DNA from: Chiloscyllium plagiosum
Taxonomy: Eukaryota
Length of the DNA: 36,824 nucleotides
Assembly (NCBI RefSeq): GCF_004010195.1
Contig: NC_057753.1
Span: forward strand, 14,974,651-15,011,474
Reading direction: 5' to 3'
Shown here: piece by piece, positions 11,462 to 24,106 of the stretch
Layout: every line of letters starts with the position of its first letter
Position numbering within the stretch: position 1 is the stretch's first letter
Position numbers and translations under genes: made by a program
Notes under the pieces: generated by a model
The model's input: the letters and a program-made list of their open reading frames with translations, nothing else
What the model was told of the DNA's origin: nothing
Databases searched by the model: none

Positions 11462-12254
11462 GTGAGTTGAGTTTCAGATACTCGCACATCAACTCACACA
11501 CTGTGTGTTTGCACTGCTTTAATTCCTTTGCATTGTTTGATTAATATTAGGCCTGATGAAAATCTAAGACGACCATTCAAAGATGTCACAGCCTTACCTC
11601 CACAAGCTGCCATTGTGGAAAAGTTGTATTACTGGACAGGGTTATTCATTTCAAGGCAATGACGAATTGTGTATCAAACATTATTAAAGACATAGATATT
11701 GATTATACACTGCACTTGATCAACTCTTTGAATATCCGTCACTATGTTCACCCAGTTGTGATGTTAAAAGTCTATCATGCTCCTGTTTCAAAAAATCGCC
11801 ACATGGCTAAACAGACAAAAAAAAAAGCCGAAAGGGGGACTTACATGCTCGAAGTTTGCAATGCCATATTTCTCTGTCCTCACTGGAAAGACAAACGCTG
11901 GGGATCTTTATTTACAGAGAGGTATGTTTGATATTGTTGCTCCGTGGACCTGGACTCATCTCAGTTCCGGAGGGGGAATGACTCTCTCTCATGTGAACAT
12001 CATCAGAGCCATTGCTGCTCTTGCAACTAAAATCCAGACTATCCAACCAGCTGCTTAGTCATTTCAACATTTCCAATTGGCCTTTGGAAAATCTTACTCC
12101 ATAAAATTCTTACCTTTCGTGTTCCTATGTTTCCCCAATGATCATCATGAATCAATCCCTAATTTATCTCCTCACACCCACTGACGTCGTTTCTCTGATG
12201 CTTTTAAGTACCTTTTGTGTGTACTTCTCACCAAAATGAGCTATTCAGCACCCT

Positions 12255-12410
12255 GTTACACACCCTCCTGCGTCTTCTCGAAAGAAGAATCTCTGCATCC
12301 ATGGCGTCCACTCTGCTTTCTGTCCATTGATGCTGCCAGCCCTGCTGGGTTGTGCCGCAATTTCTGCTTTTCTTCCCGACTTCCAGTGTCCGCAGTTCTT
12401 TCAGCTTCCT
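12255..12410 (+). mobile_element. Short decayed repeat, probably a Penelope-like terminal fragment
   Basis: gatgctgccagccctgctgggtt...caatttctgc...ttccagtgtccgcagttc; related reverse-strand sequence at ~20081-20140; family call from recalled similarity. Confidence 0.4.
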
Positions 12411-12942
12411 ATATCTACTTTCACACTTTTCCATCTTTAACGTCACAACATGTAAGGTCTCCAAAGATATCTCTGCTAAATATGAATTGTGTCAGTGTAT
12501 TTCAATTCCTCCAATTAGAGTTCACAAATGTTTCAATATTGAGATATCATTGATCAAAGCCACAGGTAAAATCCTCGGTGATTATGAAAATGATTAATAA
12601 TCGTTGCTCATCGTTCGTAATCTGACTAAAGTCTTATTAACAAGGAAGACATAAATTAACAGTGAAAAACAGGAAATTAGAGTGGATTTGAGGACAATAT
12701 TCATTGCGATGTTACAAGTCTGCAATACTTCTGTTTTAATGAACCGCCATCTGACAGGGCGGAAAATATGAAAGAGGACCTTACAATCTCGAAGTTTTCA
12801 ATGTCGTATTGCAGACGCAGATTTAGTCTTTTCCCCAGTCCCTGGAGTGAGAAACCTCAGCTGGGGATGGACAGGTTCACGTGCTGCAAATACGCCCACA
12901 GGTGACTCAAGTGGACTCAAACTATTTTCTTTATCATTTCAG

Positions 12943-12953
12943 GTGAACGTTAG
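12943..12953 (+). CDS. Probable coding part of copy A last exon (GER-stop)
   Basis: acceptor ttttctttatcatttcag|GTGAACGTTAG gives a stop in phase 1; AT-rich region with AATAAA follows. Confidence 0.55.
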
Positions 12954-13331
12954 TCTGTTTCAACATGGGACGTCCTGAGGCTGATAATCCTTGAGAAGTC
13001 GTCTACAATCGTTTCCCGAATGCTGTTTTTTCTTTGCTTCCCTTCAGTATAAGGTTAACTTCATTGTAATTCATCAACATTTGACCTTTATTGACCTGAC
13101 TATATTCATATTCGCTGTTTCTTGATTTGATCGCGTACATTGTTATGAGTTAAAAGGGGAAATTATTAGATTGCACACATAACATTTCAATCTTTGGATT
13201 AATGTTACGATTCATGCCTCTGTATTGTATAATAGACTCGTAACTGGGGACGATATACCCATGGTTTATCTCTGAAGTATTTTAAGGCATTCCATGTGTA
13301 TTTGCTTCAGTTTTTTCATACCTGATGCAGG

Positions 13332-13476
13332 AATAAATAAAATGTGTGAAATCAAAATATTATCCGAGCTGCTCTTTCACTGTTTAATGGATGAATATGC
13401 TTTGCCATATACTTGATTAACTGGTAATCTTTCTGGTCGTGAGAATGTCCAATGTAAATTGAATTTCATCAATAAA
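13332..13476 (+). promoter_or_regulatory. Candidate polyadenylation signals of copy A
   Basis: AATAAA at 13332, 13336 and 13471; GT-rich sequence downstream of 13500. Confidence 0.45.
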
Positions 13477-13553
13477 AGTGTGGCGATATCATGTTTGCGC
13501 TGGAAGTCTGTGTCTCTTTGTGAGTGTCAATGCCACAGTGAATGCGTGAGTGC

Positions 13554-13954
13554 CAGTGAATGAGAGTATGAATGTATTTGCATACAATTGTGTATATGTG
13601 TGTGAATGAGAACGTGAGTGTGGTTGTCTGTGTTTGTGTGAATACATGTGAGTGTCAGTGAATAAGTAAGTGTGGCAAAAAAATTTGTGTTATTACGTAA
13701 CTCAGTGTGCGACTGTGAATGTGAGTGTAATTGTTTGTGCAAGTATTTTGGAAGCAGTGAATGAGAGTATGAATGCATTTGCATGCAATTGTGCATATGT
13801 GTGTGAATGAGAACGTGAGTTTGGTTGTCTGTGTTTGTGTGAATACATGTGAGTGTCAGTGAATAAATAAGTGTGGCAAAAATTTTGTGTTATTACGTAA
13901 CTCAGTGTGCGACTGTGAATGTGATTGTAATTGTTTGTGCAAGTATTTTGGAAG
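13554..13954. repeat. ~200-bp tandem duplication of GT-rich sequence (13554-13754, 13755-13954)
   Basis: direct reading; few substitutions and a 1-bp indel. Confidence 0.92.
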
Positions 13955-14620
13955 GCGTAATGAAGGAATGACGTACACATTAAATGGCAGAAATCTCAGA
14001 AACGTTAAAATACAGAAGGTCATCGGTGTACAGAGGTACAGTTACCTGAATGTATCAACAAAGGTTAATGAGATGGTCAAGAAGGCAAATTGCATTCTTG
14101 TCTTCATTAGTTGGGGCTTGGAACACATGGTTTGAAGTCAAGTATCTTGAAATTGAAATTTACACCGGCACGTTTGGAATATTGCATACAGTTCTGGTTG
14201 CCAGACTATTGGAATAACGTGGGGGCTTTGGAGAGGCTGCAGAAACGGGTGACCAGAATGTTGCCTGGTTTGGTGGGTATTAGCTGCAAGGAGAAACGAG
14301 AAAAAGTTTGCTCGTCGACCCTTGAATGTCGGAGGTTGAGGGGCGACCTGGCAAAACCTTACAAAATGATGGCATTCCCGTGCAGAATGGATGATCGGAG
14401 TCATTTTTCCTCAGGGTAGAAATGTCAATTATTTGGGAACATAGCTTCCACGCAAAATGGGTTATGTTTAAAGGAGATGCAAAAGACAAGTTTTTAACAC
14501 AGAAAGTGATAAGTGCCTCAACTGGCTGCCAGGGGAGTTGGTGATGGCAGAAGCGATAGGAACTTCAAAGAAACATCTTGAAAAAGAATAGGTATGGAAT
14601 GGAAGGATACAGACCACGGA
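13940..14620 (+). mobile_element. CR1-type LINE 3' fragment
   Basis: YTLNGRNL, VKKANCILVFI, LEYCIQFW, LERLQKRVTRMLPGL, RRLRGDL motifs. Confidence 0.88.
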
Positions 14621-15599
14621 GAGGCAATAGGCCTTAAATTTAGAAACGTGCCATGTGTTGGCCTTTCCTTTGAGGGCCGAACATCTGTTTCCAGCTTTGG
14701 ACTGCTCTTTGCTCTTTGGTCAGTTTTCTGTGGGATTGCGTACTTGCGTCAATCAATTGGTTTCGAAAGACTTTGTCGTGCAAGTAGTCTGGGTTTGTAG
14801 CTTCACCATGTTGGCGCATCGTTTTTAGGTGTGCAGTCCCACTGTCCAAGTATCAATAACTCTGCAATATAATGACAACTCTTACCCCCAGTTTGTTTGA
14901 TCTGTTTAATGTACGTCTTAGTGCTGCATTGATTCCTAAATCCTTATTTCCTACTTCAGGTAGACTTGTGGACACTCAGGCCGATAAGACTGGTAATTGC
15001 ATGTTATTTCAATACAGAGTGGAATTCCTATATCCGGGTGAAGCTGTTCAGACACGAAGTTGTAATGATAGTTTCTACGCATTAGTGTTCATTTGTTCAC
15101 CAGCTGTTGGTTCATGATCGAAAGGGGGATGCATTACTGCTGAAGGTCCCTAGTTCTCGGCTTTCTGGGGAACAGAGTGTGAAGTTTTATCTCCCACACA
15201 CACTGCTGTCCCCAAAGGTAGAGACTAAGAATAGGGGGTATGTGGAAGATTGGTTCACAAACACACCATTGATCCTCAGATGGAGAAACAGTTAATTGGA
15301 GATTGTGAAATACCAGCTACACACAAAGTGTTGCTATCGGAAATGTATTTATATTATTTCACTCATTAGTGAGTGCTGACATCGTGCTCACATCACCATA
15401 CATCCCACAACATTTCTGGCTGTGATAGATGGAGATGACGTTTGATTTTATGATGCTCCCAGGCAGTACCAATTGAGCCTTCCTGCCAAGCAGTGCTGAG
15501 GACGATAGAAAATAGACTCCACCCCTGGCTCCACCCCTTTCGGTTTTCCTGAACTTCAAATGTTTTCTGAACACTAGCCCTGAATGGGGGCAGCTCCAA

Positions 15600-16050
15600 C
15601 CACAGTCGAAATGCTCGTCACCATCCGGGGAAAACAGCAGCCCCCGCTTAGTTGGCACCACATCCACAAACGTCCCCTCCCTCCCATCCTCCACCCACCG
15701 ACGTTTTGAAGCAGCACCGTGCCTCATCTACAAGGTGCACGGTAGAAATACGCCAAAGGTCTTCAGATAGCACCTTCCAAACCCACGACCACTTCCATGT
15801 AGTCGGTCAACAGCAGACAATACACGGTAACAACAGCCCCTGCAATTTCCCCATAGCACTCAGCATCATTTCTTGGATACATATCACTATACCTTACATG
15901 CTGCCGCGTCAAAATCCTGAAAATGCCTCGCTATGGGACATTGAGGGTCAAACTACAGCATATTCACTGCAGCAGTTCAAGAAAGCTCGCGAGGGGAGAT
16001 AAGTGTCACCACAGGCAGTGACGTTCATATTCCGTGGATGAATAATAATT
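15600..16050 (+). mobile_element. Decayed non-LTR retrotransposon 3' end
   Basis: resembles a common elasmobranch LINE 3' region (catctacaaggtgcac, gcaccttccaaacccacgaccacttccat, gtcaaaatcctg) with an A-rich end; recalled similarity. Confidence 0.55.
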
Positions 16051-16191
16051 TTCCCACGTTGTCCCGTTTAGAGCAATTTTCTCGATGGAACCATTTTTCT
16101 AACCCTCCCTGTCTGTGAATGAACATCACTTAATTAAACCTCCTTCCCATTTCACCATGTTCAGTTCGTGTTTTGTGCGATATTGTAGCAG

Positions 16192-16227
16192 AATGCATTT
16201 CTACCATCTCCTCATACCTTTTGCTTG
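16192..16227 (+). other. Candidate phase 1-1 micro-exon just upstream of the first SRCR exon of copy B (possibly part of a split leader)
   Basis: gtagcag|AATGC...CTTG|gtgaac, 36 nt, reads xCISTISSYLLL; no paralogue in the window to confirm. Confidence 0.3.
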
Positions 16228-16307
16228 GTGAACGGGGATAACGGCTGTATTGGGAATGTTCATGTTCAAACATTTTGAAATTCAGTTGCTATTTCTGAAT
16301 CTTACAG

Positions 16308-16622
16308 AGACAGTGAGGCGGAGACTTGAGAATGGAGGCAGCCCTTGCGCTGGCCGAGTGGACGTTCACTACAGGGGACAGTGAGGGACTGTTGAAGATG
16401 AAGATTGGGACATACCGGATCCAACTGTTGTGTGCCGGGAGCTGGATTGTGGGACCGCAATCTCTGCCCCGGGCGGGGCACACTTTGGCCCAGGCTCTGG
16501 ACCCATTGTAACCTGGAATGTTAAGTGCAGTGGGACCGAACGCGTTCTGAAGGAGTGTTATTCATCGCCATGGCATTCCCGTTCCTGGTTACACAGCAAT
16601 GATGCTGGTGTCGTCTGTTCAG
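16308..16622 (+). pseudogene. Copy B SRCR exon B1 (lacks C2/C7), in-frame stop
   Basis: ttacag|AG...TCAG|gtaaa, 315 nt; ETVRRRLENGGSPCAGRVDVHYRGQ*GTVE...; TGA at 16382-16384 replaces the conserved Trp of WGTV. Confidence 0.9.
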
Positions 16623-17186
16623 GTAAAAGCCTATTTTCGTTTCTGTGTAATTTTATCGAAATTCGGTGCTGTCTGAAACCAGAAAGGAGCATGCAAACAG
16701 AACGTAAAACTGTACAATAATTATTAACATAATAATAGAATCCCTGATTTGTTTGGTGTCATTAAACAGCGTGTTGAGTATTTGAAAGTATCGGAGCGGT
16801 GAGTACCTGTTGCTGTTTACTCTCCAGTGAGGGGGCAGGAGAGTGTCCATTATGATGTCATTTGAAGTCACCTTGAGAGAGCTGCATCGCTGGGACTATC
16901 ACTTATACAACCCAATGTATAATGAGATTCGACATTGTTTTGGATGGCAGAATCATTTTGTGTAAATTATCTGCAGGCTGAATGCCGATTTATTTTGAAA
17001 CGTTTGTGGGTCAAGATTCTAGGGATGAACATGAATGAGGTCAACAGGGCTGAAAAGCCACACAGATTGATGGAACAATTTTTTATCCAGATGTGCCGGA
17101 TCTGCCATTAAACAAATGAATGTTCATCAGTCAATAATGTGAGTTAGCATTGTTTAAGTTTATACTGATTGAATTTTTGTTTTCAG

Positions 17187-17501
17187 AACACATCGATCCA
17201 AGGTTGGTACCTGGAAATTCCCAATGCTTCGGCAGACTGGAGGTCCAGTTCGGTGACACCTGGAAAACAGTGTGTGGTCTTGACTGGGATTTGAAAAATG
17301 CCAATGCGGTTTGTGCACAGCTTCACTGTGGAGTGGCCGTATCTGTTTCAAGCTCTGCCCGTTCTGGAGGCAGGACTGTGATCATGGGTACTGAGGTCTT
17401 TCAATGTATAGGCAATGAGACTCAACTGTGGAAGTGCCCTCGGTCTTCAACCATTCACCAGGATTTCAGTAGACACAAAAATGTCACCCTAATATGATCT
17501 G
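17187..17501 (+). pseudogene. Copy B SRCR exon B2, in-frame stop
   Basis: tttcag|AA...TCTG|gtgagt, 315 nt; TGA at 17495-17497 replaces C8; the C7 position reads Phe. Confidence 0.9.
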
Positions 17502-19109
17502 GTGAGTATAGATTTAATGGAAACAAGACATATTTTGCTCTAATATTTGTAAAAGTGGTGGCGCTATCATTCCTGGATTGCTCTAACAGTGTCAAATCCA
17601 AACCCGTCCTTCTGTTCTACAATGCTGTCATGCACCAAGTGTAATGTGGTAAAATATACGCACAATTATTGGAAATTAAGGTGTTTCGAAGTCTTTACAC
17701 TTGCATTGAAAAATAGATTTCTTCAAGTTTGTTATCTGTCTGCACCCAATATATTTTATTGTCTTGATTGTCCAGAAGTCAATAATTGACGATAATATTA
17801 AGCACCAGTCAATGTAGATGCATTGAAGTGAACATCAGGCGATTACATTTCTGACAATTTTCTGAAGTCTCCCTGTCATTGATAACATTTCTGCTCAACG
17901 TTTCTTAACAGTTTCAAATAATTTTATATCAATCTTTAAAACTATTGCACCAGCAAGGATTTCTAGCCCGCAAAGACTTACCATCCAATATGTACCACCT
18001 TGGTCATACGTTCAACTATCGTATTCTGTATCTAATATGGCACCCAAAGAGGATTCAGTTAATTCTCTGATCTTTTACGTTGGTTTGAATTTCTCTTGCC
18101 TTAACGCCATTGTGTATTTTACACTGGTGTCTATAGTATGAGTTGTCTTTTCAATGTGCACGACACCTTTTGCAGCGAACCTTGACATTTGTTCCAAACA
18201 CTCTTCCAAGGACTAGCTAATGGGAGCATTTTGTCTTTTCTTTTCCTGTACTCTTCCAAAATTCATATTCTCGTCTAACTCTATTTTACCTCGCTGCTTT
18301 AATTGATTACCACCTATGGCCTGTTCAATATATCCATGTTGAAAATAGAAGCAAGTTCGTATGTCTATTCGAACGTCACTCGTCTCCACTTCCTCAAGGA
18401 CCGTGACACCTTTTCTGAATTATGTGTTGCACATGCGTGAACACAATGTTTTTCTATCGGCTTAACAATCAAAAAAACATCTTTATTTCTGTAACAATTC
18501 ACTCTATTTGCCAATTAAGTTTAAGTTGCATTCTTGGCTACTCTGCAACGTATTCTGTCAACTTCAAGTATCATAGCTCTTGAAGCGCTAAGCCCTTCTG
18601 TTTAACCTCCCTTCTTCAAAAAGGCTAAAAACGATGAGGTGAAAACCTCAAAATATATGTTGCACGCCATTTTCCAAGCTGCGAACACATATCCCCACAC
18701 ATGTCTTTGCATTAAGTTCCATCTGCCACCTGTCTGTCCGTTATATGCCCTACTGAAGTTTGTACCTGCCATTGTTAATAGTTTGAACCCATTAATATGT
18801 GGCACTATGAACTAATTTTGAAATGTTTCGCTGTATCTTAATGCAAACTTGTTCCAATCGACAAAAACACAAATCCATAGTGTCCAATCGCTTCCCTTAA
18901 TGTGTCACGTCACTCTAAATGATCCTTCCTTAGGGATAATCAATTTTGCAAATTGAGTTATTTACCTTTCCCATATACATTTAATAGGTTGTAGTGTAAA
19001 AACAACACACACGCACATGAAGCAGAAGGGATCACGGATTAGAGAAATATATGTGGATTTTGAGGCAACGTGACAGGGGTTCGATTTGACTCTGCAGCAC
19101 ACCTCTGAT

Positions 19110-19320
19110 GGGGATCGGTTAGCACAGTTGTCCAAACGGCTGCGTTGTGATGCATGGTGACGCTAACAGCGTTATTCCATCACCCACACAATCTGACGCT
19201 GTCATGGAGGTCCTAACCTTTTTTTTTTACCTCTCCCTTCTCCCCTCTCCAGACGGTTGGAGACCATCAGGTTAAATCACCACCAGTCGTCTCTCGCTAA
19301 AGAGAGATCTGCCTTTGTAA
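19110..19320 (+). mobile_element. Decayed tRNA-derived SINE-like element, also at the paralogous site ~36040-36230
   Basis: A-box-like ggttagcacagttg; gaccatcaggttaaatcacca shared by both sites. Confidence 0.5.
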
Positions 19321-20249
19321 TGAACGCCGATCTGAGAGCAGCCGGAAGGCCACAAATGTCTGATCAGAAACTGCATGCATTGTTAACACTCTTTCAGACG
19401 TTGACTTGTAAGTAGGAGGAGGAATCCTTTGAAAGAAAACGCGCTTTCTGTCAGCAGTGCTTCTACTGGGTGAAATTCTCACGTTTAAAAATTATGAGCC
19501 ATCTTGTCATTTCACAAGACTTTGAGACGTTGCAACCTCCCTTTCAAATAGGGACAAGCAGGTTTTTTGTTTTATTCGAAATGGTGGTGGTTATTCTAAT
19601 GCCATTCACAAGAATTTGGTGTAGACTCGGATTGTCATTTTCGTCAAGAGGAATCCATAACGTTTTGATAAATGATTGAGTTCAGCTTTATGGAGGAGGA
19701 GCGGCGGGGGAAAGAGTGAAATGAGGCAGGGAACACTCGTTGTCTTAGCTAAGACCTTAATTTTTTTTTTGAAGAAGTGCATACATACTCAGGCTTCTGA
19801 ACATCTAGTTAAAAGGAGAAGAGCATTTCTATACACGATGTAAATACCAGGTGCAATAGCTAGCAACGTTAGAAGTTAGATGGGCAGTGGGATTATGACA
19901 ATACACTGTGAACTCATTGTTAATGTCAGAAAATTACCTTCATAAGGAAGAATGCAGCAAAAAAGTGGAAATGCATTTTCAGATGCCGCTCGTATTCCAT
20001 TATTAGTACTCATGTCGTGATGCTAAAGTTCTTTCTTGTGGGTTGAAGGGCTTCACTTCCAAATTGAGCACCAAGTTATATGAACAGAAACTGCTAGAGA
20101 AACTCAGCTGCTCTGACAGCAACTGTTGAGAGAAATCAGATTCAATATTAGGAGGCCCGTGACCCTTATTCAAAACTGTGCTGCGTTATCAATATTAGTG
20201 TGGAATAATTGCAATGACCATTGTGCATTGCAGACAGAACATTTAGAAA

Positions 20250-20798
20250 GAATAGACCACACTTGGAATGTTGTGTTCAGTTCTGGTCGCCTCATTCCAG
20301 AAAAAAAGTTGAAGCTTTAGACAGGGTGCAGAGAAGATTTGCCAGGATGTTGCCTGGTCTGGAGGGTATGTCTTATGAAGAATGTTTGAGGGAGCTAGGG
20401 CTTTTCTTATTGAAGTGAAGAAGGGTGAGAGATGGCTTGACCGAGTGTACAAAATGCTGAGAGGCATAGATAGAGTAGATAGCCAGAGACTTTTTCCCAG
20501 GGCATAAATGTCTATCATGAGGGGCCATCATTGTAAGGTGATGTGAGGAAAGTTTGGGGGAAGCTGTCAGAGGTAGGTTCCTTACTCAGAGAAAGATCGG
20601 TGCATGGAATGCACTGCCAGAAGTGGTAGTAGAGTCAGATATATTAGGGACATTTAAGCGACTCTTGGATTGGCACTTGGAAGTTTATACAATGAAGTGG
20701 ACGTAGGTTAGTCTGATCTTAGAGTAGGGTAAAATGCCGGCACAACATCGAGGGGCTGAAGGCCTGTACTATGCTGTAGTGTTGTATGTTCTATTTTC
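20250..20798 (+). mobile_element. CR1-type LINE 3' fragment
   Basis: RPHLECCVQFWSPH...RVQRRFARMLPGLEGMSYEE; tatgttctat tail. Confidence 0.9.
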
Positions 20799-21547
20799 TG
20801 TGTTGTTGTGCCTCTGCGTGCCCATGATGTTGGCCTTGAAGAAGGAGTTTATGAGGAAATTCTAGCCCATTTGGGCAGGATGTCGTTTGGAAATAATGTC
20901 GCTGCATACCCGCATTTTGTTTTTGTTGGGAATAGATGTTTGAAAGCATTATCATTAAATGAGCCGGAAATGGTTATGGATAAAGTTTTCTAATATCTTG
21001 TATTGGAACGTGCAAACAAGGGGACAGTTTGTTAACTGGCCGGGAGCAGGAATATGAAAAGTGAATCCACTCATATTCCAGAGAAACTACATTGAGGCAA
21101 TCCTCATTGGAGAGAAATATTCTGACCTATCGCCAGCATATGGGGAGTTTGCAACATCCGAACTATCATGTCAAAAACAGCGAAGATTGCGGCATTGAAT
21201 AAAATCCTCACAAGTGTTGCCGGTGACAATGTTTAATCAATTAAGAATGATGAATAGAGATTAGGCAGCAAGCATTCCAATTCACTGCTTCAGACCACTT
21301 CCCAAAAATTATGAGCTATTGACAATTCAATTCATTTCATCCTTGCTCCATATCACAGCATGTGTTTCTCCATATTGCTCTCAAATATTTGGAAAAGTAA
21401 GGCAATGGAAAAGATGAAACTTTCTGAAAAGCTATCAGATAAGCCATGATTGAATTTTTTCTAAAATGATGCATGTACTTTTGATTGCTAATTCTTGAAC
21501 GTTTCGATTCAGTTTAACTTTTTATCTAAATACATCTTATGTTGCCG

Positions 21548-21865
21548 ATGAAATTTGGTGGCCAAGACTGATGAATGGGGGAAGCCGCTGTGATGGCCGG
21601 GTTGAGGTTTACTACAATGGAAGCTGGGGCAGAGTGCAGGACTCCTTGTGGGAGCTGAATGAAGCCCACGTGGTCTGCAGACAGCTGGGATGCGGTCATG
21701 CTTTAGAAACGTATAATTCTTCAAAGTATGAGGAGAGTGATGACAGTCCGTGGGTGTATGCCATCCACTGTCATGGACAGGAATCTTAGCTCCGGGCTTG
21801 CAGGATCTCAGGTCCATTGAATTTGTCAATCACTGACAGCAGTGGTGTAGTCAGCGTCTGTTTAG
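21548..21865 (+). pseudogene. Copy B SRCR exon B3 (paralogue of A1), stop and dead acceptor
   Basis: acceptor gttgccg versus gttacag in copy A; TAG at 21787-21789; 318 nt. Confidence 0.9.
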
Positions 21866-22043
21866 GTAAAAAGACGCTTCACAGAAAATCTTGCGCATCA
21901 CATGTTCTTCAGTGTTAGACAAACAAATTATATAACACTGGGTGAAAGCAGACGTGTCCAGATGAATGGGTGAGGAACTGAAACTTCGATTTTGCAAGAT
22001 TAAAGTTGCGAGGATTTTATTATCCCAAAGTGAAACTGACACA

Positions 22044-22392
22044 TGGGAGAGGTATCAGCATGGGAAGAGGGTAGAATTATGATGAGAATGGTGTGTTGGA
22101 AGGACCGTGTTTTCTATCCGTAGAGATTTTAGCGAGATTTGACAAGATTTGTAGCTCAGTTTGAGGTTTTGGGTGTAGCTTTGCTCACTGAGCAGGAAGG
22201 TTCATTTGATTAGATTAGATTAGATTTGGGAGAGGTATCAGCATGGGAAGAGGGTAGAATTATGATGAGAATGGTGTGTTGGAAGGACCGTGTTTTCTAT
22301 CCGTAGAGATTTTAGCGAGATTTGACAAGATTCGTAGCTCAGTTTGAGGTTTTGGGTGTAGCTTTGCTCACTGAGCAGAAAGGTTCATTTGA
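22044..22392. repeat. 166-bp direct duplication (22044-22209, 22227-22392) with 17-bp (TTAGA)n filler; overlaps a Penelope-like remnant (~22135-22470)
   Basis: direct reading; two substitutions seen. Confidence 0.95.
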
Positions 22393-22499
22393 AGACGTTT
22401 CGTCACCATACTAGGTAACATTTTCAGTGAGCTTCTGGACAAAGCACTGGTGATAATTCCTGCTTTATAATTATAATCTTTGATGAATTGTAGGACTCT

Positions 22500-22960
22500 G
22501 GGAATCAACGAACATCAATGGGATTTGATGGGTATGTCCATCTGTTGCTTACAGTAGAGGGGCAGGTAGTTAGAATGGTCAACAAGGAAAATGGAATACT
22601 TGCCTTTATTATCCGAGACATTAAGGATAACTGCGAGGAGGTTACAATGAAACCATATTAAACTTTACTTTGGACAAAGATAGAACAATGAATGTGGCTC
22701 TGAAATCCACAACATTGGAGGAGTGCCGTCGCACTGGCAAAAGGTCTTTCCATTATTTTCCTAGGGGTGAAATTTTGAAATTATGAAGGAAGTTTTCACA
22801 GTCTGTGCTTGCTTTCTTTCGGAGGAGACTGAGGATTCGACCCTGACCGTGAGGAATAAAATCATGACGGACGTCGATCGTGGAGAAAGCAAAGATCCTT
22901 GCCTCTTCAGCAATTCATAAGTGGGATCTTGCTTGTCAGGCTTCAAGGTTAACCGAATCA
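22500..22960 (+). mobile_element. Heavily decayed CR1-like fragment
   Basis: atggtcaacaaggaaaatggaatacttgcctttatt (VxKxNGILAFI) motif. Confidence 0.5.
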
Positions 22961-23595
22961 GGAAATTGTGAAGTTGCACAGATCTTCTTTGGTTTCCATC
23001 ACAACCTTTTCCAGCTTGGAAGCTTAATCCTCGCCCTGCAAACTGTCGAAAGCTAAAGCATACTCTTCTAATCTTGACCGCTACATTTGATCAGGAGGTG
23101 ATTTTGATGCCCATATCGCACCATTTTGAAATTTGCAAACCTCACCCGTCATTCAACTGATGTGCAGTTGTGACCCTAATCCTGTTACTTGGCTAATTAT
23201 TGCCCTCCCATTCCTTTCCTCCTGCTACCGCTGGGAACATGATGTCATTCCAATCTCTTCTCACCACGACCTCCTTCGGACTATGTCCGCTCACTCATCT
23301 ATTATGTACACACCGCTTTACGTTTCATCCCGGTAAAAGTTCCTGACAAATTTAAACAGTGTTTTAAAATATTTCCCATTTAATGTGTCTATTATTATAA
23401 ACCCAAATGCTTAATAAATAGCCTCCACTCTTTCCAGTGTCTTAATATCCCGCTGATGCAGAATTCGCAGATCTTATTGTGCTGCAGTAAGTCTAGTCTT
23501 TTGTCCATTCCGAACTTAATTGTTCCAACACAGGTACTGGTCATATCATTTCCCGAACGAAAATATTGAAAATCCCTTCCTAAACCTCCCTTCTT

Positions 23596-24025
23596 TCATA
23601 GAGTCATAGAGTCATGGAGATGCATAGCACGGAAACAGATCCTTTGATCCAACACGTCCTTGCCGGCCAGATATCTCAATCCAAACTAGTCGCACCTGCC
23701 AGCACCCGGCCCAAATCCCTCCCAACCCTTGCTATTCACAGACCCATCCAGATGCCTTTTAAATGTTGCAATCTTACTAGCCTCCAACACTTCCTCCGGC
23801 AGCTCATTCCATGCACGTACCACCCTTTGCGTGAAAACGTTGCCCCTTGAGACTTTTTTATATCTTTCCCCCTCTCACTCGAAACCTATGCCCTCTACTA
23901 CTGGAATCCCCCACCCCAGGGAAGGGACTTTGTCTATTTATCCTATCCATGACCCTTATGATTTTATAAACTACTATAAGGTTTTCCCTCAGCCTCCGAA
24001 GCTCCAGGGCAACCTTCCTTTCAAC
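23596..24025 (-). mobile_element. CR1-type LINE 3' end with (CTCTATGA)n tail
   Basis: tcatagagtcatagagtcat tail, then reverse-complement CR1 3' UTR/ORF2 end. Confidence 0.85.
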
Positions 24026-24106
24026 CTGTTGTTGTTGTATCCTTTATAGACAACACTTAGCCATGTTTTTAGACAGCTCAACAGGAATTTTGTTGAACAG
24101 CTTCGG

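Noticed and set aside
13527..13980. His/Thr-rich minus-strand ORFs
   Set aside because: Translation of duplicated CA-rich low-complexity DNA
15280..15374. Possible first (signal peptide) exon of copy B ending at a gtgagt donor
   Set aside because: The ATG frame is not in phase 1 with the donor without a frameshift, and the peptide is not a convincing signal sequence
16382..17497. In-frame TGA at Trp and Cys positions suggesting recoding or selenocysteine
   Set aside because: Each is one substitution from TGG or TGY; the same gene has a TAG, a frameshift and dead acceptors; no SECIS identified
20808..20993. ORF containing GVYEEI, resembling a relocated YEEI exon
   Set aside because: The region aligns with ordinary intron sequence of copy A (~320-375); similarity to the true exon is only ~20 nt and there are no matching splice sites
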